From NCBI GenBank assembly GCA_000320545.1, contig ADNK01000783.1:10734-74733 (forward strand): a stretch of DNA of 64,000 nucleotides, read 5' to 3'. The position numbers were made by a program, and so were the translations under genes. Below are positions 24,746 through 39,600 of the stretch, one piece after another (position 1 is the first letter of the stretch; each line of letters starts with the position of its first letter). Below the pieces are notes generated by a model. That model saw only the letters and a program-made list of their open reading frames with translations, made no database searches and had not been told where the DNA came from. Source of the stretch: Bigelowiella natans CCMP2755 (lineage: Eukaryota; Protista; Cercozoa).

Positions 24746-25406
24746 ACACCTGCATGCGATTTATCTGATATTAGTTTCTAACAGAATGACACTATAGCAG
24801 CACTAGATTGTGTCTTGTATCGTAAATTACTTGCCCCATGCTAGCATGTTATCCGAGTATACGAGTCAGCATGCTGTTCATGTAGGCGTCCAGTTGGCAC
24901 TTTGTATAGACTTGCATGCATGCATGTAGCAAGGGCTCACATTGTGCACCATCATGGCGGCCGTGGCGGCACGCATAGCTGGATAGCATGTAGCAGTAGA
25001 TATGTATCGCATAAAGCGTCCTGCTAGCTTTGCATGCGGCAGCATGGAGACAGGCGCTTCGTGTTGCATGCGCTACGCTTGCTGACTACTGACCACCTTC
25101 CATTATGCGTCGTACGTGATCGAATTTATGGGCCAAGCTACATGTGATGCTGTGGCGGGTTAGCTGGTGCATGCAAGGATGCACAGCGCACCAGCTTTGA
25201 CCACGGGCTCTTTTATGCTTTTAGCCAATACACTAACTACACTGCAATTAGGAAACAGCTAGTGCATTCCTAATTTTCATTTACATATAACAGACATCAT
25301 CACAGTTACGTTTTTATCACCGTCTTGTCATCGTCTTTATATGTAGCCGGGGACAGAAAGGAAGGAGAAAATGTGTTGAGATACACACTCCTGCAGCAAC
25401 CGACAC

Positions 25407-26812
25407 TTAAAACTTAAAGTGTGTTGTAAACGCTTCAAGATCTTTTCTCTCTACAAGAGGAATCAAATCCGAGCGATTACACGATGCTAGTGAGATCTTG
25501 AGGTAACCCCAAACATGTTGTGCCGCCGAGTTTTGTCTCAGAGCCTTGAGGTAGTGAATGCATGCCTTATCATGCATAGCCTGATTAGCGTAGGCAATGG
25601 CAAGATTCGTACGCGAACGCATGTAGTTCGGCTTGAGAGCTAGTGCCTTCTGATAGGCTCCTACAGCAAGCTTGCTGCGGTTGCTGTTGGCGTAGGTCGC
25701 ACCTAGTTTATTCCACAGGTATGGGTCGTTTGGCTTCATGTTACAGCCTTGCTGGAAGTGATCGACCGCCTTATCGTAGTTGTCCGACAAGTGATGCAAC
25801 ACACCAACCACGGTGTGTAGCTCAGCATCTTTCGGATTAGCCTTCACAGCCGCTAAGAACATCATCATGACGGCGTCGCTAAGAGTCGTGTTGAGGCCAT
25901 ATTTGGGTCCTTGGTATGACTTTTCGTATTCCCTTATGGTTCTCCCGTGCTTCTGGACTTCTTCTAAGTGAGAGTACTCTGGGTTGTTCTCAAGCCACGT
26001 CTTCAGATATGTCAAGGCGCGGGCCTCCTCGAGGTCATTCGTGTAGGAGACGCCCAGCATCATCAACGCGGAGAGATTGTAAGGATCACACTTGAGGCAT
26101 TTGAGCAGTGCTGCGATGGCCGGGCGCTCCTCCTCCTCATCCGCATGGCACTGACCGAGATACCGCCAGCCTTCCGCGTGTTCTGGGTGATATTGGACGT
26201 TGGCCTCGAACGCCTGGAGGGCTTCCTTCAAGTTGCCTTTCTTCATCAGTCTTAGCCCGCGCTGAAACGCCTCGCCGTTGTCCTTCTTTCCCTCCTTGGC
26301 GGTGTAGTAGGGATTGTTCTTCTGCATCACATAGACAGGGTCTACCATAGACTGCTGCTGAGCTGGCATGAAACTCGACGAGGAACTGATGAATACAATT
26401 GGTAGTAGTGGTAGTAGGAGGAGGAGGAGGAGGAGGAGGAGGAGGAGGAGGAGATGAGGAGGAGTTGGAGTGCCACATCGCTAGACTGCATTCAAGTGCT
26501 AGCTGCTATTTGTTCGACGACAGGAAAAATAAGCATAGTAGCTTCCTGATTGCACTACTATAAGCAATAATACTTCCATGCATAATGTTGGTGTTTGAAT
26601 GATTGGTGGTGTTTGAATGATCAGCCATCACATATGGGGCTTTTCTTTCGCTTGTCAACCCCCCCCCCCTCCCCCCTAAGACGATGACTACACGTGTATG
26701 GTACCCTTGCTCAAATTGTCGTTTCCACTCTCGCATGCCTTCCGAATCCTGTGCCTTCGAGAGATGGCATGATAATGAGATAATGCAGGTGAAAAGATTA
26801 CTACTTCTCCTA

Positions 26813-26849
<37 letters not shown>

Positions 26850-27023
26850 AACATCAACTACTATAACTATACTTGCTAGCTATTACAACCTCCCAATCAT
26901 CAGACATCTCCTGTGCGTTGTTAAACTCGGCTGCCCAAGCCTCCCCCATGTCCTTTTCATTAATAGCAGTAGTGGAGATCAATTGAATGAACGAATTACG
27001 ACAATATTTCACGGAACAATAAT

Positions 27024-27056
<33 letters not shown>

Positions 27057-29784
27057 TGAAAATGGAACTGATATCCCCGCCCGGTTGTTCTTTGTACGCG
27101 GCATTTCTTCTCTATTACTACTACTATATTTCCGAGTTAATTATTATTATAAATGTCTAGATTATCATCCCACAACATAGGCCGTGGATAAGTTTATCAC
27201 TTATTGTGAATCAAGATTCTATGTGTTTCGGGTCTTTTGGGACGATAGAGGGAGGTGTATTACGACAAAAACGATGTTTTTTTCATGGTACAAGCTCTCA
27301 TTGCAAGTCTCAGGAACAAGAACTCATACCATTTCGGACTCCATCTTCGGCTGCTGCTGCTGCTGCTGCTGCGCTTTTTTTTCCGCGTAAACAACTTTGT
27401 TGTCCTATATCATCAGTGCGCATATATATAACCACCTCATCAAAAATCGTGAAGTGGACACTGAGGAGGACAAAGGCTGTTCTATGCGACGACGTGACAC
27501 GAGTGAAGACTAGATAAAATATTGTTTCAGCATTGTGTAATAGCGTGGACTACCCTCCTTGATAATATTTCAAGCGTATTCTATTATCTTCTACCGACCC
27601 TGAAGGTGATTTCGCCGCTGTTGACTTGGTTCAGAAACTTGAGGAACTTGGAGTTGCGCCACTAACACATTGATAAGTTTTGTTTTTTGTATTTCTTTGA
27701 GTCTTTGTATCATGCGCTCGTGTATACTTCTCACAAACGTGTATCCATGGGCAGGCAGGCACTAATCATCAACCCACCTTTGGATTGTCGCTTTTCATTA
27801 GTTTTTCTATCATCTCGGAACTCAAGCCCATACCTTAGCAGCATTAACGACAAAGTAATAATAAATGTAAAGCAAGGTAAAGGAAGGAGGGAGGCTCTTT
27901 CTCCGTTAATCATGCAGACTATTATTTGTTTCTACTATTATTTCAACTACTACTACTACTACTACTACTACTACACTCAGCTGTTGCTGCTATGGCTACC
28001 TCCTCCCATAGATCTTTGCTCCTGCATCATCGGGGTCTACATTTTTAGGAACAACGAGTACATACAGATGATGATTCAATAAATGCCCTTCTTCCTTTCT
28101 ACGACGACCAACTGCTGTACACATCCGAACACCATCACAGCACTGCTCTGCAAATACTACTCAACTCCCTCCTCCTACCCTACAAGCTACTCCTTTTCCT
28201 CATGTCACCGCTGTTGCTGGTGCTGCATCTTGAGCCATCCTGCTCTTTTCCAAAAAACTCGATTTAGGGGCTTGAACTCCCTCGAACAGGTTTTGGACCT
28301 TGTTCAACACAATCATCGTTGCTTAGGACAAGGATGAGACGATATACGCCTGCCTCAACGAGGGGGGTTGCAATGATGAAAGTACACACAACACACACCA
28401 ACTAACGTGCAGAGAGGGGAAAATAGCACACCCCCACGTCCTCTCCCCTTCCCTCACCATTTATCGATGATACCTCATTCGCTGTCGGTACGTTAATTCG
28501 TTGCGCATTTTGAGGTTGCATGGTCATAGGAGCCATCATGGGCATCATTGGCATCATTTGCTGCATCATGGGATTAAAGCTTTGCATTGGCATGTGAGCT
28601 GCCCCCTGATGATGCATGGTTGACATCGATGACGCACTATCCCCTCTTGCAACGGCTGGTACTGCCTGGGAGCTAGCCCCACCTTTCGCTTCCCGTAGCC
28701 TGGCTTCAGAGAACGCACGCTCCATCTTTGAGATGACAAAAAAATATTGCGTGTGAAATAGAGGCATTGCATGACCAGAAAGATGCTCTTACCGATTGCT
28801 GTCGTGCTAATTCCATCGACTGTTGTCGCGATATTTCCATCCTCTGGAACTCATTCACCTTCATTCAGAACGCATACTCAGCAAAGCGTATTCCAACAAT
28901 GAATCATCTATCATCTGAATAATAAGGTCGGTACCATCTTCGACTGCTCCATAATCGGCATTGATTGCGGTCGCAACATTGCTGGGGCACCTGGGTATTA
29001 AGTTAGAAAATGGTGTAAGAATGCCCTTAAAGCAGAAATTTTAAGTGTATATTGGATCAACTTTACCCCGTCCAGCATTCTGAAATCCTCGCATGAACTT
29101 GTTCATCTAATGGTCATCACCAATCGCAATGTAATCACGATCATTTCAGAAGAAAGAACCCCCCAACCAACATGCATTTTAGAGGGGAGAGTTGGGTGGA
29201 TCATGGAGCGAAAAGAGAGTGATTGCGACACATAATGACACATACTTTTCAAGTTTATAAAGACTTACCTCTTGAACATTTTGAGTGGTAGGAGCATTCA
29301 TCATGGTGGCTCGTTGAGGCCCAGCAGGAGCAAACTGGAGAAAAGTCATTGTGGGTGAGGTTTGATCGCAAAATAAGTAGTGAATTCGCCAACCTGCGCC
29401 ATTCCTGGGCGCATACCTTGAAATTGTTTTGCATCTGCGATCTGATGGTAAAGGTATTATGAGAAATCCAACGAGCTCAACAGGAGTGGAAGGAGTGGTA
29501 TCGAATCTGGCTTCCATTCTCCTACCAACAACCTGCTGTCCTTGCTTCCCTATAGAATTCGCGAAGCCTGCCAAGGCATTCTGCTGCCCACAGCTCTGAT
29601 AATTTCAAACAAATAACTCGGCGACAATTGCAAAAATCATGAAAGACATCCGTTCGGAATATTTACATTGTCCGCACAAACAAGAAAAATGCAGACAAAG
29701 TTTACGGAATTGTTTGTCTCCTCGGTTGAAAAGTTATAGAGTATGAAAATGAATTACCTCTCCCGTCGCCAGATCTCGCAGCAT
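25407..29784 (-). CDS. PEX5: Peroxisomal PTS1 receptor PEX5
   Basis: N-terminus MLRDLATGE|SCGQQNAL with the conserved Cys; WxxxF motifs (WAAEF, WKRQF); PEX7-binding block NPK|WRNSKFLKFLNQVNSGEI; C-terminal TPRs (EERPAIAAL, LGVSYTND, LWNKLGATYANSNRS, ALALKPNYMRSRTNLAIAY). Confidence 0.95.
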
Positions 29785-30527
29785 CGTGATGAATCGTTTA
29801 CTCCGTAGGGGATTTGCGTTCGGTGAGGCAGCGCTTGGGAAGAAGAGAAAAGCGAGCTTTGAATTTAAGATTTAGGTATGCAGCAGATAATTCTCCCCAT
29901 ACCCTCATGTGAAGGTAGAATTATACTAGCGACAATTAGGACATCCCATATATTCAAAATGGCTCGTGTTACAGTACCTCTGACAGTCATCCCTTGGATT
30001 GTCGTATAGTGCTTGGCATAATCCTGTATTCTCAAAATATTGCCTATTTCGTATCTGAAATCACAGATGTGAGTCGTATTAGGGGTGATATGCTCTTTCT
30101 CTGGAGTTTGGATTAACGCAGGATGATCTTAACCCCAGAACACTGCCGAGGAAATTTTCCGGAACCCACAAAATTCTCCAAACAAGTGAGGAAGCTGTTC
30201 GGCAATCTTCTTCAAAATACACGTATGTGGCTAATTTTTTGCGCCTGAAATATCGTTTTCTTATTCCCATTTTTCATTTGCGTTTATAGAAACTTTTCCC
30301 AGATATGTTCTCGATGAAAGAGAGGAGTATGATCCTACAGGAGAATAAGAAGCGCTTCCCACACTGTAAACTCCTCGCAGGCCTGGAGAACAGAACTGAT
30401 CGGAATAATCACGGCAAAAACACAGGATCAAAATACAGAAAATGGATGGCGTTTTATCATGGCCGACTAGTCGGAAGACCCTCTTCTTTCTGCTCGTTCG
30501 GATGCCGCTTTAACTCAGGAGGTCATC

Positions 30528-31222
30528 ATGTCAGCGGGCAGCAAAAGCCCATGCGAAAGCCCACGCGAGAAGTACATCGTTCCCAACAAACCCCTCCCTT
30601 TCCTATAATCGTAGTATGATTAGAATAGGATTGTGTATGTGGGTTGTTTGTTTGTGCCTTTGTTCGTTCGCTGCTTATATCCTCTTTCCAAGAGAATCCA
30701 ACGACTTGTTCACACATATCTCATGCCGCCCTTAGGCCTGCTAACAAAGAAGGAGGCAATAAGGACGAGGAAACAAAATCAAAAATCAAAATTGAAGATT
30801 TACTTTCTGATTTAAGGCTTAGTGAATACATCGAGTTATTCGAGGAGAAAAAAGTCACACTGTTGAAACTTTTGCAATACGACGGCGAAGAGCAGAAAAA
30901 GTATCTGACTGATCTGGGAATGAAACCGGGTCATAGATTGAAGCTTACTCGAAATTTGAAGGAACATAAGGAAGAATTGTTGGAGAAGAAGAAAGAGCAG
31001 GAGAGCAGGAAAACTGCCTTCGTGAAAGCAATGGACAGTATGTTCGTACCAGCAGCACAAGAAGGTAGGGCAGAAGCAGAAGGTGGCCAGGAAGGAAATC
31101 ACCAACAGGTTTCACTGATAGAATGATACCACTTATTACTTTTTGTAGAAATAAAAATGCATTTATTTTAATCTTGAGTAATTTCTTGCTTTGTGTGACA
31201 GGTGGCATGTGAGCAACAGTAG
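30528..31222 (+). CDS. Small SAM-domain protein with a C-terminal CxxQ prenylation-like motif
   Basis: SAM pattern IEDLLSDLRLSEYIELFEEKKVTL..LTDLGMKPGHRLKL. In-frame exons ~30528-30571, 30736-31108 and 31202-31222, ending VACEQQ*. Confidence 0.8.
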
Positions 31223-32070
31223 GGCAGTCTAATGATACGAATGAATATATGGCCACCCGAACCGTACAACATGTTGTTTACAGATTGGCGTATACGCCTG
31301 AAAGTTTCCTTACGATTATTTCAGAACATATTTCTTAAAATCTCCTTTTAAAAACGGGGTCAATGGGCAAAATTTTGGGCATGATGAGAGAGAAGAAATG
31401 CAACGCATTGCAGTGATGCTTATATCTAGATATATTGGGGTCATTGTACGCTGCACAATAATCAAGATGCTAACAGTATTCGGCTGCCTCGATCGAGGCA
31501 TTGATTATAAATATATGTGCACATATATATAGCTAACATTATGGCTGCATGAGAACGCGCTCAATCTAGCTAGCAATGGCGGCGATGTACGTCGTCAACT
31601 ATGCATGTCTCACACACGTTTTTATAACGCACATAGCAGACAGCAAATTCATTAACGTGTAGATGCCTAAGCATCGCATTGCACCGGCCTACTTTGCATA
31701 GCAACATGGCGCAGTGCGTACGCGTCTAGGCGTGTGTTTCCCGACCACAACTAGTCCTGCCGTACGTGCTAATCTTCGATGTGCTAGCTAGCTAGCCAGC
31801 AGTGGGCGTCTATGCGGTTGGTTCGATCTAGCGTTGCTAAAATATTTTCCCCCTGCAGGCTAGATAGATGTGTATCGAGCTACTACTTGCCAAATTATTA
31901 GCCGTATATATGCACGCTAGCTTCACGCATGAAAGTCATGTCCATCGTACATGTTCGCACACGCCTGTCTAGCTGTGGCATCATGAAAATAGGATGAAAT
32001 GCTCCGAGTCAATACATATTATGCTTTACATGTTATATAGACCGGCTTCCATGATATCAAATCACGTACC

Positions 32071-33169
<1,099 letters not shown>

Positions 33170-33811
33170 CTGCCTCGCTTATCGGAAATGAGTTCTGTAT
33201 TCCAAATGTATGTTACAACCCGTATTTGCATATAAAATAGGCTTAAAAGGATGTCGTCTTTGAAATATGTAGGTATTCTATTGGATAATAGAGAGGATTC
33301 TTTTATTTTGAAGGACACCCACGATTTACCGACGAATCTACTTAAGAAGGTTGTCGCTGAATTAAAATTTGATACGGTGAGATCGCCCCCCCCCTGGATC
33401 CGGTTTTTGCACTCATTCTTTCCATATCGATTGTTATTGCATCGTATCTTCCCTTTCAATTTGTTCATTCATTCAACACTCGATCGTCTTAAACCTCTCC
33501 TTATCCTATTCTTTGTTTCGTGGTAGAACAATTTGAAAGTGAGAGATCAATACCCTCTTCGCACCATCATCTTTTCCCCTCGTAACATGAATGAGAGGAT
33601 AATTAGAGTTCGGACTCCAATATTTTAAAGACAAAAGATCGAATTAATTTCCCATAAATAGGAATCATATTCGTGGAGAGGAGAAAGGCTTGAATTTCTT
33701 TGATCGTCGGCTCCAGAGGGAAGGACTGAACGGTAGGTCCGGATTCTGCGTTAGATGTTGACACGCTGTTTTATCGCGGCCTCAAAGGATAATTGATTCT
33801 TTTTAAGGTTA

Positions 33812-35466
33812 ATGGGAACCGCCGCCTCGCAAACATCGTCCAATGGGTACCTCGTTGTACTTTCAAGATGATGTTTTAATTAAGACAATCAAAATTGGAG
33901 TACTGATTGATAATTCTGGTTGTAGGGAGACTGCAGAGGAATCCGATTCTCCCCAAGCAATCACAAATGATAGCATCCGGGAGCTCCTTCCAGCAGGAGG
34001 GGAGGAAAGGAAAAACCAAGTAGTCCCAACATTATTTCAATGGCCTTACGGGGGTTCGGCGGTATACATCGCTGGAAGTTTCAATGATTGGGGAGGGAAG
34101 GTAATACCGTAATACCCGCCACAAGAAACAATAAAGTTCCGAATCTATTCAAATTTTTGACTCATGCTATTTTAGGTTCCGATGAAAGAATCTCAAGGTC
34201 CAGCAGTGTATCATGAGTGATTGCCTTTTTTTGAGATTTTTAATTGCAGGTGCTAACGGAGACGCCACCCCTGTATTCACGATCACCCTAGACCTGCTTC
34301 CAGGGCGACACTATTACAAATTCATAGTACTTATTCCTTCCCAAGATTTGATTTGGAAGCTGAATTATATGTCGTGAAATTTTTCAGGTAGACGACCAAT
34401 GGCAGTACGATCCCGCAAAGGACCGAATGATTAACCACCAAGGCATTGTGAACAATGTCATAGAGGTTGTTCTTCGTTTTTTTGCAATTGTTTTTGCAGC
34501 ATCGTGGATCAAGAACAAAATGGATATCTTTTAACAGGTGAAAGCGTCGAGACCGGAATCATTACCAGCCCTTTCTCCCCTTGATCGAGTGAGATATAGC
34601 TCGTACTATCCTTCTCTGAATTGCTTCACTGACGAGATATTATAACAGGTGATGGGCGATCCCGAAAGTTACGGGCAGGAAACGCCAAAAGAATTCACTG
34701 CTGATCCACCACCCCTACCCCCGCAGCTAGGTGAGGCTATTGTTATTATTATCGAGGCGTACTCAGAGTATTTAAAACTGTAATATCATATATCTAGGCA
34801 ACCTCACTCATCTCAACCCAACGCAAATACAAGGCACAAAAAGTAACCATAAATTCTGTTCGATCCTCAGCAGTCTCATGATTGAAACCCTCTTTATTCC
34901 ATCGTCAATATACGTTCCCCAGCAGATAGTAACGCAACCTTCGGGACAACAGAAAGTATGTTGTTCACAATTTTCCGTTGCTCGGTCCTGGTACAAGGTC
35001 TAAACGATGATAGAATGCCTTTGTTTATCAGGGGAAACTCGTACCCAGCCAATCCCACTTCATGTGACGTTGAATCACGTTTGCTTCCGCAGAGTATGTA
35101 GTCAACATGAAAATTCTCTTCGTGCTGTAAAGTAAAAACTAACCAATCTGATAATGTAGCCGGAGCAGGAGAGCATAATATCCACGGACGGCAAGTTAGT
35201 AGTCATCGGTATGAAAAAAATACAATCTCCACGTTTTTCGGAAAGCTGGGAACATTCAGAAACGGGGTGATATCAACTAATTCTGATCGATCATTATGCA
35301 GGTGTAACGCAACGCTACAAGGCTAAAGGCCTACAACATTCAAAGGTTATTATTGTCATTCTTGTAATCAAGATAATGGAACGTGGCTTGTCGGTGATCA
35401 TAATTCTCTATGTCTTAGGATCGGTTAGTGACAACAATATACTACAAGCCCATAGAGTCGACATAG
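33812..35466 (+). CDS. PRKAB: AMPK/SNF1 beta subunit (CBM48 glycogen-binding + ASC domain)
   Basis: Myristoylation start MGTAAS; VPTLFQWPYGGSAVYIAGSFNDW; LPGRHYYKFI|VDDQWQYDP; VNNVIEV; PPPLPPQL; PLHVTLNH; GVTQRYK..VTTIYYKP. Confidence 0.93.
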
Positions 35467-35791
35467 AAGTCGTGGAATCCCTAGAACTACTCTCCACGTT
35501 CAGAATCAGGAATCCTTCCTTGTTTAGAGTACTCATGACCACGCTATCTGATTGAATATGTACAGTGAATGGTGAAACAAACTTCGTTCAGTAATGACAA
35601 AGCTGTAGATTGCCAACGATCATTTTTAACTAGCTTGTGCACATTTGCTTGTGTTTGATGATGCTATGTTATTTTCTTTGCTACGATGTGAGGCTAGCGC
35701 ACAGTGCCAGAATGCATACTGCACGAGCATTAACTGACTGCAGCAGATATCATTTCATGAAAGCAACCCGGCAACGTGATAATATAAACGT

Positions 35792-35946
35792 CGGATCTAA
35801 TGAAATGATTACATTTTTTCAATGGCCATCCTAATATGTGAGACGAATGCAATGAAATGATCACATTTTTTTGATTGTCATCTTACTAGCAGCTTAGTGT
35901 AAGACGAATGTGATAAAATGATCACAGTTTTTCAATAGTCATCCTA
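35792..35946 (+). repeat. Three degenerate tandem copies of a ~50-bp dispersed element
   Basis: Units at 35792-35833, 35837-35885 and 35898-35946 fit the consensus TGTGAGACG(G/A)ATGTAATGAAATGATCACATTTTTTCAATGGTCATCCTA. Confidence 0.9.
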
Positions 35947-36380
35947 ACGTTAGCTATGCAGAGCACTAGAGCAGTGGCTACAGAATGCAGCGTTTTGCTT
36001 GTTCGTTTCTACTGGCAACGTGTATGCATTTGCCGCAGCGCATCGCAGATCGGTTCGCAATTTCCCCTCGTGCTGCCACGAGTATGGTACATTGTTCCTA
36101 CATCGCAGGATTATAGACTGTATTCATGCGCCGCCGATGTGTTTGTTGTGGAAATTATTGAAATTGTAAATCCGATCTTATCATGATTGATGTAGAATAA
36201 CCGATATTATAATAATGCATTCAAAATCAAACAGTTATACAAATGTTACTGGCTGATATACGCATGGAATGCGGACTAAAATTTGCTGAAATATTTCCGA
36301 TCTCAAATATACATAAATACATGCTTTTATGTATGTGTGTATGTAAATATTATTCTTGTCAGAGTTCATAATTTTACCAA

Positions 36381-37524
36381 CTAGCTGGCGAAAACAAACT
36401 TATTGTTCGAGGTCTCATAGAAAGAACTTGGATACTTTTTCTTCAACCTAAAAAGAGCTTCTTGATGAGGTTCAAAGAATTCAGCTTCTTTACTTGTAAC
36501 AGTTGGGCGCTTGTATTCTCCTGTATTGACTTTGTCCGCATTTCCCACAATGTTATGTTGAGACAACCCAAAGTGCTTTGCAACAGCATTCGTTGTGCCT
36601 GCAGGTTCCTTCAAAAACTGCTGGAAAGTAACGATGAGAAACTGGGAGGGGTCAAAATGCTTAAACCAGTGTCGCAACTGAACTTCGTACAGTCCACCCT
36701 GAAGAGAACGGCATACCGTACCGGGGATCATATTTTCATCTTGCTTTACAGCGTCTTTAAATGATAGAATATCGGCGTCAACGACTTCTTCCCAGGTTTT
36801 GTCGGTAACTTCGGACCAACCTTGACGAATGCCATGTCCGTAGTAAGAGACTGCACGGTGCACAGGATTGCGAAGGATTGCTGCAAATCGGAGTTTTGTG
36901 TAGTCAATTCCCCTCTTTTCATAGATCTCTCTTATCATTTGCGGGACATTTCCGTGAGAGCTAGTCTCGCATAGGTAGTTTGGTGTTCCATCGATGAGGA
37001 GCGAAGAACCCGGACACGTGTCAAAATGTTGCATGTAGAACTCGAAGTTAGACTCAGCTTCCGATGTGTTTTTCATGCTACTCCAAAAGTGTTTCTCCTG
37101 AAAACCAAAGACCCATATCATACGCTTCTTCGATACTGCTGGTGTGTAAGTTGCTGTACCTTGCGAAAAAATGTCGGCTCGTCTCCAAGTTCATGACCAG
37201 AGCATAGCTCATCAGCCGTCCAATAGTCTTTTAGCATCTTGAACAAGGAGGAACTGGAGACACATCAAGTTTTAGCATATGCGATTACGCTGAAATTAAT
37301 ATTGGGACACCTTCCACATTTTTGCCCTCCAAGAAGATAAGCCATTGGCGCTCCCAGCTGAAAACAAATCAGGGTTTAGACGGCACCAATTTCTTGCATT
37401 TGTTGCGTTTCCTTCTTACAGAGCTATGGCGTGCAGCGTCATTAGGCTCTAGGATACGTCCCTGCCAAACGGCAGAGGAGAGAGATTGAAGGAAGAGAAT
37501 GGGTAGGACGCGTCTCATGAGCAT
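36381..37524 (-). CDS. Secretory-pathway PAPS-dependent sulfotransferase (heparan-sulfate 3-O-sulfotransferase/NDST-like fold)
   Basis: Hydrophobic N-terminus MLMRRVLPILFLQSLSSA; 5'-PSB loop LLGGQKCG|SSSL; K|EKHFW; DGTPNYL; 3'-PB motif ILRNPVHRAVSYY; GLYEVQLRHW. Confidence 0.9.
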
Positions 37525-38121
37525 GAAGTGTGAACGTGTTCCAGAGGCGGTAGCGCTGAGAACGTATTGACGATTTCAATGAGAAGTAATAATTCTTCCA
37601 ATCACTGCTGTTCTTCCCAAATATAAGGTCATTTTCTTTCTGCGTCAGGGCATGTTTGTCTATCCGTACGAAAAACTACAAGGAACACGTGCTTGTCCTT
37701 CCTTGTGTCTGCTGTTTGTACTTGGAAGGTAACTGATAAAGGATGTGAACACAGGCCATCCTGCAGGAGAGTCAACCCTTTTAACTTCAACGTTTGCGGG
37801 AAAGCACCTGTCCTTCGTTCTACTTTCATGTGGGTATTCAAGTCTGGATCTAGTATCCAAAAATACAATGTTTCTCCGACGTTTTTTGTAACAACAATGC
37901 GCTCGCAGCGACAGCATCCTGAAATGTTTACAGTGCGGAAAGACAGCAAGACCAACGTTCCACAATCAGAACAAGAGCGTTCGGGAAAGCAGCACGATAT
38001 GAATATAATAATACCAGCAGCAGGTTCAGTAGTGGTGAAGTGCTGAACAGTGAACTTCTAAGATTTATTTTCCCAAAATATTACACGTAATTAATTCTTC
38101 GGCGTTGCTTTATTTTGCACG

Positions 38122-39047
38122 ATGGCTTCCACACCAATAGACCCCTACGACCGGTACGGGAGACGACGCGAAGATCAATCTACTTATACCTTCACCAACC
38201 GGCCCCGCTCATTCGAAGGTACGAAATTATGTCTTTTTTGTACTTGTCTCTTACGCATCACTTTCGTAGGAATCAAGGAGGGTGACAAACTCGAGACCCC
38301 AAAAGCGGTGCAGTGCGTCACGCATGAGCTGTCAATTTGTACTGATTCGTTTAACTTTTCAGTTCTATATAATACCTGCTGTTCTTGGTCTTGGAGCTCT
38401 AGGAATTGGATTTCTTGGAAGAAGGTTTGCAATATTAAATTTTATTCCACTTCGAAAATGGCATCAATACTCCACTATGCAGAATCGCTTCTGGGGCTGC
38501 AGGGGCTGCTGCCAAGGTATTTATAAATGAAATATCATGTTATAGAGAGGATCAAGAAACAATATTAATGTTTTTCAGAATGCCCAGCAACCTTCTGATG
38601 CAGCTGGGAGAGGTCTTTTCGGATTTAGGGTGAGTTTATTTCAAGATGTACGTGGAGTAAATCACAGTTAATGCATGCATCCAGCGTTACTACTACGACG
38701 GGGGTTTTGCACCTGAAATGACGAAACGCGAAGCAGCACAAATATTGGGCTGTCGCGAGTCAGCGACAAAGGTAATTGCTGCTTGCAATCTACTGAATAC
38801 TTCGTCTCAAAGAACCTTAATTTGCTTTAGGATGTAATTCTTCAGAAGTACCGCAAGTTGATGAAAAGCAACCACCCTGACCTTGGAGGATCAAGGTATG
38901 CGATATTTACACGATAATATTAATCAGCTAAATATTCAACAAGTATGAATAGGCTCCGGTGCCTGTTTGTGATGATGTCTTTGATTTAGATATATTGGCA
39001 CAAAAATAAACGAAGCGAAGGAGATGTTGAGCAAGACAGCAAGATGA
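38122..39047 (+). CDS. PAM18: Mitochondrial import motor J-protein Pam18/Tim14
   Basis: Transmembrane segment FYIIPAVLGLGALGIGFLGR, then YYDGGFAPEMTKREAAQILG..YRKLMKSNHPDLGGS|RYIGTKINEAKEML over 8 short exons. Confidence 0.95.
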
Positions 39048-39235
39048 CTTCAACATCATTCTCAACATGAAGATTACACTAGTAACTTATATGGTACAAT
39101 CCACGTGTCGCAGATCAGTGTGGGTGGTCTCACGTGTATCCTAGCATCGCTAGATCGTCTAATCGTGGCACCGCATTGCATGGCTTGCTCTAGTGCTAGC
39201 TAGGTAGCACATTTGTACATGCCAGTCTAGCAGTG

Positions 39236-39449
39236 GGGCCGGCAATGAATGGTTGTTCCAACAGTTAAAACCAAACATGTTTGCAAATGTGTTCATTAAT
39301 TCATTCGAACAGCCTTTTCGCATGACGCATTGCTAGATGAGTTTTCAAGGTCTAGAAGTCACTGTTCCATTCGAATGAATGGTGTTCGAATGAACATGTT
39401 TGCAATGAACATGCTCGGTTTCAACTGTTCTAGCGTTCGTTGCCGGCCC
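39236..39449. mobile_element. Degenerate MITE-like inverted-repeat element (~215 bp)
   Basis: Left arm GGGCCGGCAATGAATG..AACAGTTAAAACCAAACATGTT..TGCAAATGTGTTCATT..CGAACA matches the reverse complement of the right arm GGGCCGGCAACGAACG..AACAGTTGAAACCGAGCATGTT..TGCAAACATGTTCATTCGAACA. No ORF and no clear TSD. Confidence 0.65.
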
Positions 39450-39550
39450 TTTCTAGCTATGCACAGCTGATGCTGTGCCCGGATGTTACCTTCTCTAGTT
39501 CTAGCTGTCCAAGCTAGCAAGCTGCAGCATCTGCACACATGCTAGCATGC

Positions 39551-39600
39551 ATGATGCACCATTGAAAAAAATTAAACATTTCATTACATCCGTCTCACAC
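39551..39600 (-). repeat. Solo copy of the ~50-bp dispersed element
   Basis: Reverse complement reads GTGTGAGACGGATGTAATGAAATGTTTAATTTTTTTCAATGGTGCATCAT. Confidence 0.85.

Noticed and set aside
35792-35946. Spaced direct repeats as a possible CRISPR array
   Set aside because: The units are degenerate and nearly contiguous, with no unique spacers and no cas genes, in a eukaryotic context.
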